From: a virus | IMG/VR virus record: IMGVR_UViG_3300046507_000523 | Location: 1-57,919 of that record | Length of the DNA: 57,919 bases | Strand: one strand, 5' to 3' | In this document: in pieces, positions 9,540-17,399 of the stretch | How the letters are laid out: each line of letters opens with the position of its first letter | Position numbering within the stretch: the stretch's first letter is position 1 | Program-made: the position numbers and the translations under genes | The notes under the pieces: generated by a model | What the model was told of the DNA's origin: nothing | What the model saw: the letters and a program-made list of their open reading frames with translations, nothing else | Database searches by the model: none

Positions 9540-10085
9540 CGTCTACCTCCCCACCAGACTCGTCGCCACCACCGAGTTCCTCCATCGCCAGCAGGCGCAG
9601 AAGCTCGGCGTCTTCCTCGTACAGCTGGCTGGGCAGGCACCCGAACCGTTCACACAGCCCGAGCACCCACCGCGCACGTTTCAGCTGGCGAGGCTCTCGG
9701 ACAGTGCTTCCATCGGGACGGACTCCACCAGGGACGGCCCGCCAGAGGGCGAGCTCTCCGGCAAAGGGTCAGACTTGTGGACCCCCTGGAGCGTCTCCAT
9801 GAACGCGTTCGCGATCGCGAGAACCAACTCGTGATCCTGCGCCTGCATCGCCTCCGCAGTGGCCGGCAGGGCGGTGCCCGTCTGGTCTTCGAGGTTCCAC
9901 GATTCGAGGTGCTTGCCGACCCGGGTGATGAGCCCGCCGACGGTCTCGCCGTCGCCTCCGTCGTATCCGGTGAACTCCAGGTACTCGCCGATGCTCATGC
10001 CGCGGAGGCGTACCTCCAGACCGTGGTACTCGTGGCCCTGCTCGAACTGGACGAGGATCGTTTTCGGCTTCGCCTTGTAGCCCAT
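9532..10085 (-). CDS. Tail assembly chaperone, -1 frameshift fusion (G-T-like, about 184 aa)
   Basis: The -1 frame opens just after a TGA at 9771..9769 and reads ...RWVLGLCERFGCLPSQLYEEDAELLRLLAMEELGGGDE. Its stop at 9534..9532 overlaps the tape measure ATG (ATGTCTGA). Confidence 0.7.
9681..10085 (-). CDS. Tail assembly chaperone (G-like, zero-frame product)
   Basis: 134 aa, acidic, located between the tube-like gene and the tape measure. Contains the slippery heptamer near its 3' end. Confidence 0.85.
   Translation of the reverse strand: MGYKAKPKTILVQFEQGHEYHGLEVRLRGMSIGEYLEFTGYDGGDGETVGGLITRVGKHLESWNLEDQTGTALPATAEAMQAQDHELVLAIANAFMETLQGVHKSDPLPESSPSGGPSLVESVPMEALSESLAS
9762..9768 (-). promoter_or_regulatory. 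Programmed -1 ribosomal frameshift heptamer C_CCT_TTG
   Basis: X_XXY_YYZ pattern in the zero frame (GAC CCT TTG = D106 P107 L108). It is the first such site after the last -1-frame stop. Confidence 0.65.
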
Positions 10086-10098
10086 GTGCGTGTGCCTT

Positions 10099-10506
10099 TC
10101 AGGCCCAGACCGGAACGGTGCCGTCCGCGAGGGAGAGCGGCACCGAGAAGGTGAGCTCGCCGCTGTCGGAGCGGGTCAGCTGGTAGTCCGTGGGGAGCAT
10201 CTCCATCGCGAGGGTGACGCCGTTGACGGTCTGCGTGACGGTCCGCAGCACCGAGGTGGACGGGACGGTCTTGAACACGTCGTGGGACTGGTTCGCCGTC
10301 GGGTTGAACACCCCGTTCAGCGTGACGCTTCCGTCCGCGAGGAGCAGCAGCCGCTCCACCGCGCTCTTGTCGACGCCCGTGATCTCCTGCACGCCGCGGG
10401 GCGTCGACATCTGCCAGTTGGTGATGTCGTTCTTGATCGCCCGCGCGGTACCCGCGGAGTCGTCGACGCTGAGCGTCGTCTGGCCCAAACCTGAGCTCTT
10501 GGCCAT
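10099..10506 (-). CDS. Tail-tube-like protein, short paralog of the major tail protein
   Basis: 135 aa in the canonical tube position upstream of the chaperones. Shares KSSGLG, ITGVDKSAVERL and TRSDSGELTFSV with the N-terminal half of the 11389..12144 product. Confidence 0.65.
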   Translation of the reverse strand: MAKSSGLGQTTLSVDDSAGTARAIKNDITNWQMSTPRGVQEITGVDKSAVERLLLLADGSVTLNGVFNPTANQSHDVFKTVPSTSVLRTVTQTVNGVTLAMEMLPTDYQLTRSDSGELTFSVPLSLADGTVPVWA

Positions 10507-10509
10507 GGC

Positions 10510-10911
10510 TCAGTTCCCTTCTGCTCTGTCGCTGCTCGCCCGGACGGGCTGCTCTTCGACCCACTTCGCTTCGCGCTCCCGGTCGGGTGCGAGAGAGCCG
10601 AACATCTTGCGGACGCCGTCCCGACCAATCCAGCCCTTGTGGAAGCGCGTGGGATGGGTGATCGAAACGGCTGCCCAGTCAGCAACGGCCTTCACCCCGT
10701 GGACGGCCTCACCCCCATCGACCAGCGCGTACAGGCGGTCACTCGGGGCGGCGATCAGGATGGTGAAGCTCCTCGGCCCCAGCACGCGGCAGAGGGCGCC
10801 CTCGTCGCTCGGGATGTCGTGCACCACGGCGGGCGTCGCTATCTCCACGCCATCGCACTCGCTGGTGAGGTCGACGCCATCGATGACCAGCCGAAGCTTT
10901 TCGTTGCTCAT
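10510..10911 (-). CDS. Hypothetical protein, 133 aa
   Basis: Coding-like ORF with an ATG start, 5 nt after the upstream stop. Confidence 0.6.
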   Translation of the reverse strand: MSNEKLRLVIDGVDLTSECDGVEIATPAVVHDIPSDEGALCRVLGPRSFTILIAAPSDRLYALVDGGEAVHGVKAVADWAAVSITHPTRFHKGWIGRDGVRKMFGSLAPDREREAKWVEEQPVRASSDRAEGN

Positions 10912-10915
10912 GCCG

Positions 10916-11389
10916 TCACCCCTTCGCGATCTCGTCAGCGAGCCCCTGCTGGTGCCCGGCGAAGTCTTCGACCCAGTTCTGCGGGTTCAGGTGCTGCCGT
11001 GCCCGGGTGCGGCGCGGGTTGCCCCGCCAGTCGCCGTCACGGACCAGGAACAGCGGCGGCTTGTCGATCCGCACCCGGTGCTGCGAGGCGCGAAAGCACG
11101 GCTGGCCCGCCTCGAAGACGAGGTAGATGTGGCCGTCCGCGAGGGCCTGAACCGTGTAGCGGTACTTGACCTGCCTGCCCTGGCGCTCGAACGTGGCCGA
11201 CTTGACGGTCTCTCGCAGGTCTGGAGTGAGGTTCTCCAGCCGGACACCCCACCCGTTGAGGTAGTGCGGGCAGTCCGTCTCCGCGCACGTTCCGGGGCGG
11301 AAGTGCGTCGAGATCGGGGACACCACCGAGTACGTCTTGTACGACTCCGGGCGCATCAGCGGATCGGGCCGGGACAGCTGGATTGCCAT
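10916..11389 (-). CDS. Hypothetical Cys-containing protein, 157 aa
   Basis: Internal ATG of track ORF 10916..12256 (MAIQLSRPDPLMRPESYKTY...TCAETDCPHYLNGW...). The ATG overlaps the upstream stop by 1 nt (TGATG). Confidence 0.65.
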   Translation of the reverse strand: MAIQLSRPDPLMRPESYKTYSVVSPISTHFRPGTCAETDCPHYLNGWGVRLENLTPDLRETVKSATFERQGRQVKYRYTVQALADGHIYLVFEAGQPCFRASQHRVRIDKPPLFLVRDGDWRGNPRRTRARQHLNPQNWVEDFAGHQQGLADEIAKG

Positions 11390-12144
11390 CAGAACGTCAC
11401 CCCAGCCGACTCGTTCTTGATCACGTTCACCGAGAACGACAGGGCGCTGAATCCGCCCGTGGTGACGGTCGTCGCGCGCAGATACCGGCGCAGCGTCGCG
11501 GTGTTCGACAGGGCGATCCGCTCGGCCAGCGGGGCGCCTCCGGTGATCTGGGTGAAGCTGAATCCGGCGACGTCCGCGAACGAGACGTTGTCGGCCGAGT
11601 CCTGGATCTTCACCGTGACGTCCGTGCCCGTGAACGGCGCGAAGACCTGCAAGTACGCCTGCCCGCCGAAGCTCGCGCTCGCGGTGGTGTCGATACCCGT
11701 CCCGATCGTCGCCACAGTGTCCGTGCGGATCCCCGCGGTCAGCTGCCGGCCCCACTCGATCCCGAAGCCGTTGGCCTGCGCGCTCACGCCGAACGTCAGC
11801 TCTCCGGAGTCTCCGCGGGTCGGGTCGTAGTTGAGCTGCTTGCTGACGAGCGACGCGGCCGGATCCCCGAGCGTCGTGCCGCGGCAGTACGTGAGGATCT
11901 GATCCGTACGCGGCAGCGGCGACAGCTTCTCGTGGATCGCCCCGGTGACGGGCACGGTGTTGAAGAACGCGGTGTACTCGATGCGGCCGTCGCGCTGGCC
12001 TCCGATGCGCTCGTAGGCGCTCTTGTCGATGCCAGTCACGTTGATCAGGGCGGGGCCGCCGCCGATCGCGCCGAGTTGACCGATGTCGCCGGACGCGTTG
12101 AATCCGGCGATGTAAAGGTTGTCCCCGAGCCCGCTGGATTTCAC
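11389..12144 (-). CDS. Major tail (tube) protein, 251 aa
   Basis: GTG start (VKSSGLGDNLY...) behind GGAGG, in a GTGA overlap with the terminator-like gene. Beta-rich. Sits after the head-tail joining genes. Confidence 0.7.
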   Translation of the reverse strand: MKSSGLGDNLYIAGFNASGDIGQLGAIGGGPALINVTGIDKSAYERIGGQRDGRIEYTAFFNTVPVTGAIHEKLSPLPRTDQILTYCRGTTLGDPAASLVSKQLNYDPTRGDSGELTFGVSAQANGFGIEWGRQLTAGIRTDTVATIGTGIDTTASASFGGQAYLQVFAPFTGTDVTVKIQDSADNVSFADVAGFSFTQITGGAPLAERIALSNTATLRRYLRATTVTTGGFSALSFSVNVIKNESAGVTF

Positions 12145-12608
12145 TGGGCCTCCGTCCATACGTCGTTGAGCACGAGTGGGATGGTGAGCGTGGCCACCCG
12201 GTACGTCGTCGAGTCGAGGCGCGTGTATCCGAACCGGGCCCGCAGCAGCGCGCCATGCATGCCCAGCAGGTCCACCTCCGCGACGGTCCCGCCGAGTTCG
12301 AAGTCGCCCGCGTACGCGTTCATCAGCCCGTTCACGGCATCGGTAACGGCGATGTCGACGTCGCCCTGCGGCTCCGTGTCCGCAGGCATGAACACCCGCC
12401 CGTTCAGCTCCAGCCGCACCGACACCGAGGAGAGGCCGGACCGGGCCGGAATCGGTGCGACGTCGGTGACCCACACCGCGTAGACCAGACCGGACCCAGG
12501 CGCCGATACGGGCTCGTGGTCCAGCACCTGCCCGAACAGGCCGAGGCTCTGCGCGTGCGACATGGCCGCGCTGCGGTAGGCGAGGAGATCGAGGGCCACA
12601 GCGATCAC
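12141..12608 (-). CDS. Tail terminator-like protein
   Basis: 155 aa. Called from position between the gp10-like gene and the major tail protein, and from its size. Confidence 0.55.
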   Translation of the reverse strand: MIAVALDLLAYRSAAMSHAQSLGLFGQVLDHEPVSAPGSGLVYAVWVTDVAPIPARSGLSSVSVRLELNGRVFMPADTEPQGDVDIAVTDAVNGLMNAYAGDFELGGTVAEVDLLGMHGALLRARFGYTRLDSTTYRVATLTIPLVLNDVWTEAQ

Positions 12609-12979
12609 ATCCGTCCCGTGTACCGGCGCAGGAGCCGCTCACCGATGCCCTGCTTGCGGGCGTTCAACTTGTCCCGGGTGACGATCCAGTGGTCGTAGCC
12701 ACGGAATTTCGTCGCGGGGAAGTTCCGGGAGCCGATGCCGGCGAGCCACGGCCCGTACACCACACGGGAGTCGCTGATCTTGTGGCCTTCGATGACCTTG
12801 CAGCGGGACTCGTAGTAGCCGGTCGGGTTGCGGAACACCCTGTGCATCTCGCCGCGGAGGATGTTGAGGCCCTCTTCGGCGAGGTCGCGTTCCAACCGGT
12901 TGACGTAGGCGTTCGCGGCGGCGCGGGCCCGCCCGTCGAAGAGGGGGCCGCGGCTGCTGCTGGAGACGTCGAGAAGCAT
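12605..12979 (-). CDS. Head-tail joining protein, HK97 gp10-like
   Basis: 124 aa from an internal ATG (MLLDVSSSSRGPLFDGRA...). The SRVVYGPWLAGIGS motif is typical of the gp10 family. ATGA overlap downstream. Confidence 0.65.
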   Translation of the reverse strand: MLLDVSSSSRGPLFDGRARAAANAYVNRLERDLAEEGLNILRGEMHRVFRNPTGYYESRCKVIEGHKISDSRVVYGPWLAGIGSRNFPATKFRGYDHWIVTRDKLNARKQGIGERLLRRYTGRM

Positions 12980-12981
12980 GG

Positions 12982-14040
12982 TCACACCGCCCTCGTCCGG
13001 GCCTTGCGGCCGTGGCTGGTGTACACGCGGTCGCGGAGATCCTTCAGGCCCCGGCCGGACGCCTCGCGCTCGTTGTCCCCGGACCCGGCCGTCCGCGCGT
13101 ACCCGGAGCGGCCCTGAAGGAGATCCGTGAGCGCTTCCGCGACACACAGCTGCCGGACGCTGCCGGGCGCGTCCCACCGGTAGACGCTCGCCCCGTTGCT
13201 GTGGGTGGCGGCCGTCGTACCGAGGGCGCCGCGTGCGACGGTCAGGGTCCGGGGGGCGTAGATCGCGGAGTCGGTGTGTGCGGCGAGGACGGTGCCGTCC
13301 CAGGCGCGGGTCACTGTGAGGAGGTTGCCTGCGATGTCGACGATGAACATGCGCTCGGAGTCGCGGAGGATGACCTCGCCGACCGCGTACACGCTGCCGT
13401 TGGCTGCGCCGACGCCGACGTCGTTGTTGGCGGCGGTCATCGAGTCGCCGAAACCCTGCCCGGTGTCGAGCATCGACCGTCCGGTGACGATCATCCGCTC
13501 GTTGTCGATACGCAGCAGCGAGCCGATACCGAGCGCCGCCGACGCGGGACCGTCGACGGTGATCGTCGTCGCGGTCGGGGAGGCGACCTGCGCGGCGAGG
13601 ACGCCGGCGGTGGTCTCGTCGTTGCGGTAGCCGAACAGGCCCGTCACCACGATGTCCTGCTGGTAGGTGGAGCCACCGCCGAACGTGGCCGGGCCGCTGA
13701 GCTTGACTTCGATGCGCGTGTACGGGGGTTCGGCCTTGTCGTCGGCGCGCCGAAGAAGATAGTCGCCGGGGGCGATCGTGTCGCCTCCGGAGGTGAGGGA
13801 GGTGACGGAGATGAGTTCGTTCGCGTCGAGGCGCAGGATCCACGGCGTCATCCCCGTGCGGGGTGGCCAGTCGAACTTGCGGGTGTCCTGCACCGGGTAG
13901 AACACGCGGTGCGTCAGGCCCTCGACGGTCTCGGTCGCATCGGCCAGCGCGCGATCAATCCTCGCGTTGGAGCGCGCGGTTTCCTTCACGTCCAGCTCGG
14001 CCTTGATCTCCTCGCGGGTCGCGTACCAGGGTGTCGTCAT
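12982..14040 (-). CDS. Head-tail connector/adaptor protein with insertion
   Basis: 352 aa with a GAGGAGG RBS. N-terminus MTTPWYATREEIKAELDV is typical of head-tail connector proteins. Confidence 0.6.
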   Translation of the reverse strand: MTTPWYATREEIKAELDVKETARSNARIDRALADATETVEGLTHRVFYPVQDTRKFDWPPRTGMTPWILRLDANELISVTSLTSGGDTIAPGDYLLRRADDKAEPPYTRIEVKLSGPATFGGGSTYQQDIVVTGLFGYRNDETTAGVLAAQVASPTATTITVDGPASAALGIGSLLRIDNERMIVTGRSMLDTGQGFGDSMTAANNDVGVGAANGSVYAVGEVILRDSERMFIVDIAGNLLTVTRAWDGTVLAAHTDSAIYAPRTLTVARGALGTTAATHSNGASVYRWDAPGSVRQLCVAEALTDLLQGRSGYARTAGSGDNEREASGRGLKDLRDRVYTSHGRKARTRAV

Positions 14041-14080
14041 CTCTCGTCACCTCCTCTCGATGTCGTAGCGGTGGATGAGG

Positions 14081-14461
14081 TCAGGACTCGTCAGCGGCCG
14101 TCTCGGGGCCACTGGTATCCGTCGCTTCGGCAGTGGAGGATCCCGCTGCCTTCCGGGCCTGCTTCGAGCGGTTCGCCGTCCCGTGGGCACGCGACGGGCG
14201 GGGCGTCTCGCTCGGCTCGGGCGAGCTCGACTCCTTCTCGGAGGATGTCGAGGAGCTGGTACCAGCTGATACGTCCTCACCACCCTCGATCTCGTCGGCG
14301 GCCGCGTTGCTGGCGCCGCCGTGAACGGTGACCTTCGCCATGTCCTCTTCCTCCTCGGGTGCCACCAGGTCGTTGACGCGGATGGTCGACCCGCACTGCG
14401 GGCACTTCGGCGCACCGACCGAGTACTTGGCCGTGCACTCCGCGCACTCCCACAGAGCCAT
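14081..14461 (-). CDS. Zinc-ribbon protein with an acidic/Ser-rich disordered tail
   Basis: 126 aa. CAEC...CPQC in the first 25 residues, followed by low-complexity E/S/T/A sequence. Confidence 0.7.
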   Translation of the reverse strand: MALWECAECTAKYSVGAPKCPQCGSTIRVNDLVAPEEEEDMAKVTVHGGASNAAADEIEGGEDVSAGTSSSTSSEKESSSPEPSETPRPSRAHGTANRSKQARKAAGSSTAEATDTSGPETAADES

Positions 14462-14462
14462 G

Positions 14463-14900
14463 TCAGGCGCTCATCGCCGAGAGCTGCTCGGGGGCGCGTC
14501 CCGTCATCAGGTCGCGGATGTTCGCGTTCACCGTGCCCGCGCCGGTCGACGTGAGCTTCACGTACTTGTAGGTGTCGGACAGCGACGTGCCCTGCACCTC
14601 CACCGCCATCGCGTTCTGCGCCGCAGTCGCGGTGGTCACCACGGTCGCGGCCGCGGTCTGGGTGCGCTTCACCCACGCGTCGCTGCCGTCGCCGGTGTTT
14701 GTGTAGTACTCGGTGATGTTCACCAGGTTCTGGGCGCCGGTACCGCTGCTGTCCTTCGCCTCTTGCAGCGTGTACGTGTCCCCGACAGCGCCGGCGAGGT
14801 AGCACTCGAAGAGAACACCTCCCGCGTCCTGAAGGGAGATCCACTTTCCGTCTGCGGCAGGGGTGAAGTTCACGAGCCTGCCGAGCGCCTTCTGTGCCAT
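14463..14900 (-). CDS. Hypothetical capsid-proximal protein (possible decoration protein)
   Basis: 145 aa, coding-like, directly after the capsid gene. Function is inferred from position only. Confidence 0.6.
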   Translation of the reverse strand: MAQKALGRLVNFTPAADGKWISLQDAGGVLFECYLAGAVGDTYTLQEAKDSSGTGAQNLVNITEYYTNTGDGSDAWVKRTQTAAATVVTTATAAQNAMAVEVQGTSLSDTYKYVKLTSTGAGTVNANIRDLMTGRAPEQLSAMSA

Positions 14901-14946
14901 GAGCGTGCCTCTCGTCTCGGTGTTGTGTCGGCGTTCGTCGGGCGGG

Positions 14947-16311
14947 TCAGTTCAGCTCGATGAACGGGCTGAGCTTGTTGGCGCTGCCGTTCTGCGGGGT
15001 GATCGCGGACTTCAGCCAGGGCTGGCCGTCGACGCGCTGGATGATGCGGAACGTGGTCTGGTCGTTGCCGAAGCGGTAGTCCGTGGAGGAGTCCATGGAC
15101 ATCTGCTGACGGTCGCCGACGAGGTAGTAGCTGAGGTCGACGAACGACAGGTCGCCGCGGGTGCCGAGCGGGCTGGCCTTCTCTGTGATGATCAGCGGCC
15201 TTCCGAAGATGCTCATGGGCATCGAGTCGGTGGCGTTGACGACGAACATGCTGTTGCCGCCGGTGCCGACGGTGAGGCTCATCTGGAGGAGCTGCGGGAT
15301 CGCGTCCGGGGAGCAGATCCACACGGCGCGGCTCAGCGAGGACGGCAGCATCTGGGCGTACATCGCCACGATGTCCGTGTACTTGATCGTGCTCGCGGTG
15401 CCGCGGGTGATGGCGACAGCAGCCTTGTTCGCGGCGCCGCGGTAGCCCTTCGGCTCACCGACACCCGACCCGGTCTGGAACGCGGCGTCCTCGCTGAAGG
15501 CGATGGCCTTGGGCCACAGGGACTCCAGGAGCGCCGAGAACGACACGATGGAGTCCTGAAGCAGCTCGTTCGGCACGGCCGACAGGCCGGTCAGCTTCTT
15601 CGCGTCGAGGACGACGCGACCGAATTTCGGGTTGGAGTCGGTGAGCATCGCAGACTCTTCGCCCCAGTAGGCGACCATGCCGCCGAAGACGCTGCCCTGG
15701 TTGGTCGTCGAGTCGATCATCGGGAACGGGACCCGGGCGGAGTCCATCGGTACGACGGTGGCGCGCGGCCGGACGATGGAGTCCTCCAGCGCGATCTGCG
15801 CCAGGTTTGCACGGAGGGTCTCCGGGACGAGGAACCCGCCGTCGGAGGGGCTCACGGAGCTGGCCGCGTTGCGGAGCGCGCCGAGCTTCTCCGCGTCGGG
15901 GCGGTTGTTCATGTGCCAGATGGTCTTGGCGTAGTCCATCGCGTTGTCGAAGACACCGTCGAGGATGGCACCCGAAGCATCCGGGTTGTGCGCCGTGGCC
16001 TGCTGGTGTGAGGTGAGCATGCTGGCCGCGCCGGCCTTGGTGTGCAGTGCCTGGTTGAGGCGCTTGACGTTGCCGGTGGGAACGTCCTTGCCCTGGTTGC
16101 GGAGGAAGTCGGCGAGCTGCTTCTGCGTCTCCTCCGCAACGAGCCGGTTGAGGTCGGTGCCGTCGCCCTGCTGCTTCTCGGCGTAGGCGTCCATGTGGTC
16201 CGCGAGGGTGTCCGGCGTCGCGAGGATCTCCTTACGCGCCGCAGGGTCGTGGAGCTGCTCGCGAAGCTCCTCGCTGTTGCGCGGTACGGCGATCTTGGTC
16301 GGTGTGGCCAC
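14947..16311 (-). CDS. Major capsid protein, HK97 fold, with N-terminal delta (scaffold) domain
   Basis: 454 aa. GTG start behind AAGGAGG. FLVPETLRANLAQIALEDSIVRPRATVVPMDS... is typical of the HK97 family. Confidence 0.95.
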   Translation of the reverse strand: MATPTKIAVPRNSEELREQLHDPAARKEILATPDTLADHMDAYAEKQQGDGTDLNRLVAEETQKQLADFLRNQGKDVPTGNVKRLNQALHTKAGAASMLTSHQQATAHNPDASGAILDGVFDNAMDYAKTIWHMNNRPDAEKLGALRNAASSVSPSDGGFLVPETLRANLAQIALEDSIVRPRATVVPMDSARVPFPMIDSTTNQGSVFGGMVAYWGEESAMLTDSNPKFGRVVLDAKKLTGLSAVPNELLQDSIVSFSALLESLWPKAIAFSEDAAFQTGSGVGEPKGYRGAANKAAVAITRGTASTIKYTDIVAMYAQMLPSSLSRAVWICSPDAIPQLLQMSLTVGTGGNSMFVVNATDSMPMSIFGRPLIITEKASPLGTRGDLSFVDLSYYLVGDRQQMSMDSSTDYRFGNDQTTFRIIQRVDGQPWLKSAITPQNGSANKLSPFIELN

Positions 16312-16322
16312 AGTTGCCTCCT

Positions 16323-17399
16323 TCAGGCCGTCGCCGCGCTGGACGACGTGTCGGGCTCGATCAGATGGGAGACGAGCGCCGACCAGCCGTCGGTGTCGTC
16401 GGGGATGAGGGCGGCGACCATCGCCGTCCAGTCGTCAGCGGGCTCCGGCTGGGTGCTGGGCTCCGCGGGTTCGGCAGGTTCGATGGGCTCGGGCTCGGGC
16501 TCGGCCGGGACTTCCGGCTCCAGTACCGGCTCCGGCTCGACAACGGGCTCGGCAGCCGGGGACTGAACCGCGGCACGCAGCCGCGCCATGGTGTCCTCGT
16601 CGAGGGCGTCCGCGATGCTGATGACGAGCGTCGGCTCCGCAGCCTCGGGCGCGGACTTCGGCGTCTCAGGCTGCTTGGGGCCGTCGTAGCCGTAGGCGGT
16701 GAGGTCGAAGGCGCGGGCCATGTTCGGCTCGTCAGCCTTGGCGCTGACCGACTGATCAGTCTGTTGCACCTGAACGGCTTCGTCGGCAAGGCCCGCCTCG
16801 ACAGCCTCCTCGGCCGTGTACCAGGTCTCCTTGACCATGACTTCTCGCCACTCGTCACGGGTGCCGCCTGCCCGTGCCGCGTAGGCGTCCGCGATGTTCC
16901 CGCTGATCTTGTCGAGCAGATCAGCTGTCTCACGGTGGTCTGCGGCGCTCCCGACCGTGAGGCCACTGGCCTCGTGAAGCATCAGCATCGCGTTCGGCAT
17001 CATCCGCACCCGGTCGCCCGCCATGGCGATCACCGATGCGATCGACGCGGCGATACCGTCCACCTGCACAGTCACGTTGGCCGGGTGGGAACGCAGCGCG
17101 TTGGCTATAGCGATCCCCTCGTAGACCTGGCCGCCGGGCGAATTGACCCGCAGGAGGATGTTCGGCGCGGTGATGCCGCGCAGGTCGTTGATGAACTGGT
17201 CCGCGGTCGCCCCGTACCAGCCGCCGATCTCGTCGTACAGCATCACCTCGGCCTCGTCCGGGGACGCGTCGTTGGTGATGCGGTACCAGGACTGCGCCTC
17301 GATACCGTGCTGCGCGCGCAGGCGGTCCGCCTGCTCCCGCTGCTTGGCGAGGAAGCTGGTGAGGTTGGCGGGCAGCATGAGGCCCGGCATCCGGCTCAT
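16323..17399 (-). CDS. Prohead protease, ClpP/S14 type, with a Pro/Glu-rich C-terminal extension
   Basis: NSPGGQVYEGIAI...DGIAASIASVIAMAG...MLMLHEASG. The ATG at 17399 overlaps the portal stop (ATGA). Confidence 0.9.
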   Translation of the reverse strand: MSRMPGLMLPANLTSFLAKQREQADRLRAQHGIEAQSWYRITNDASPDEAEVMLYDEIGGWYGATADQFINDLRGITAPNILLRVNSPGGQVYEGIAIANALRSHPANVTVQVDGIAASIASVIAMAGDRVRMMPNAMLMLHEASGLTVGSAADHRETADLLDKISGNIADAYAARAGGTRDEWREVMVKETWYTAEEAVEAGLADEAVQVQQTDQSVSAKADEPNMARAFDLTAYGYDGPKQPETPKSAPEAAEPTLVISIADALDEDTMARLRAAVQSPAAEPVVEPEPVLEPEVPAEPEPEPIEPAEPAEPSTQPEPADDWTAMVAALIPDDTDGWSALVSHLIEPDTSSSAATA

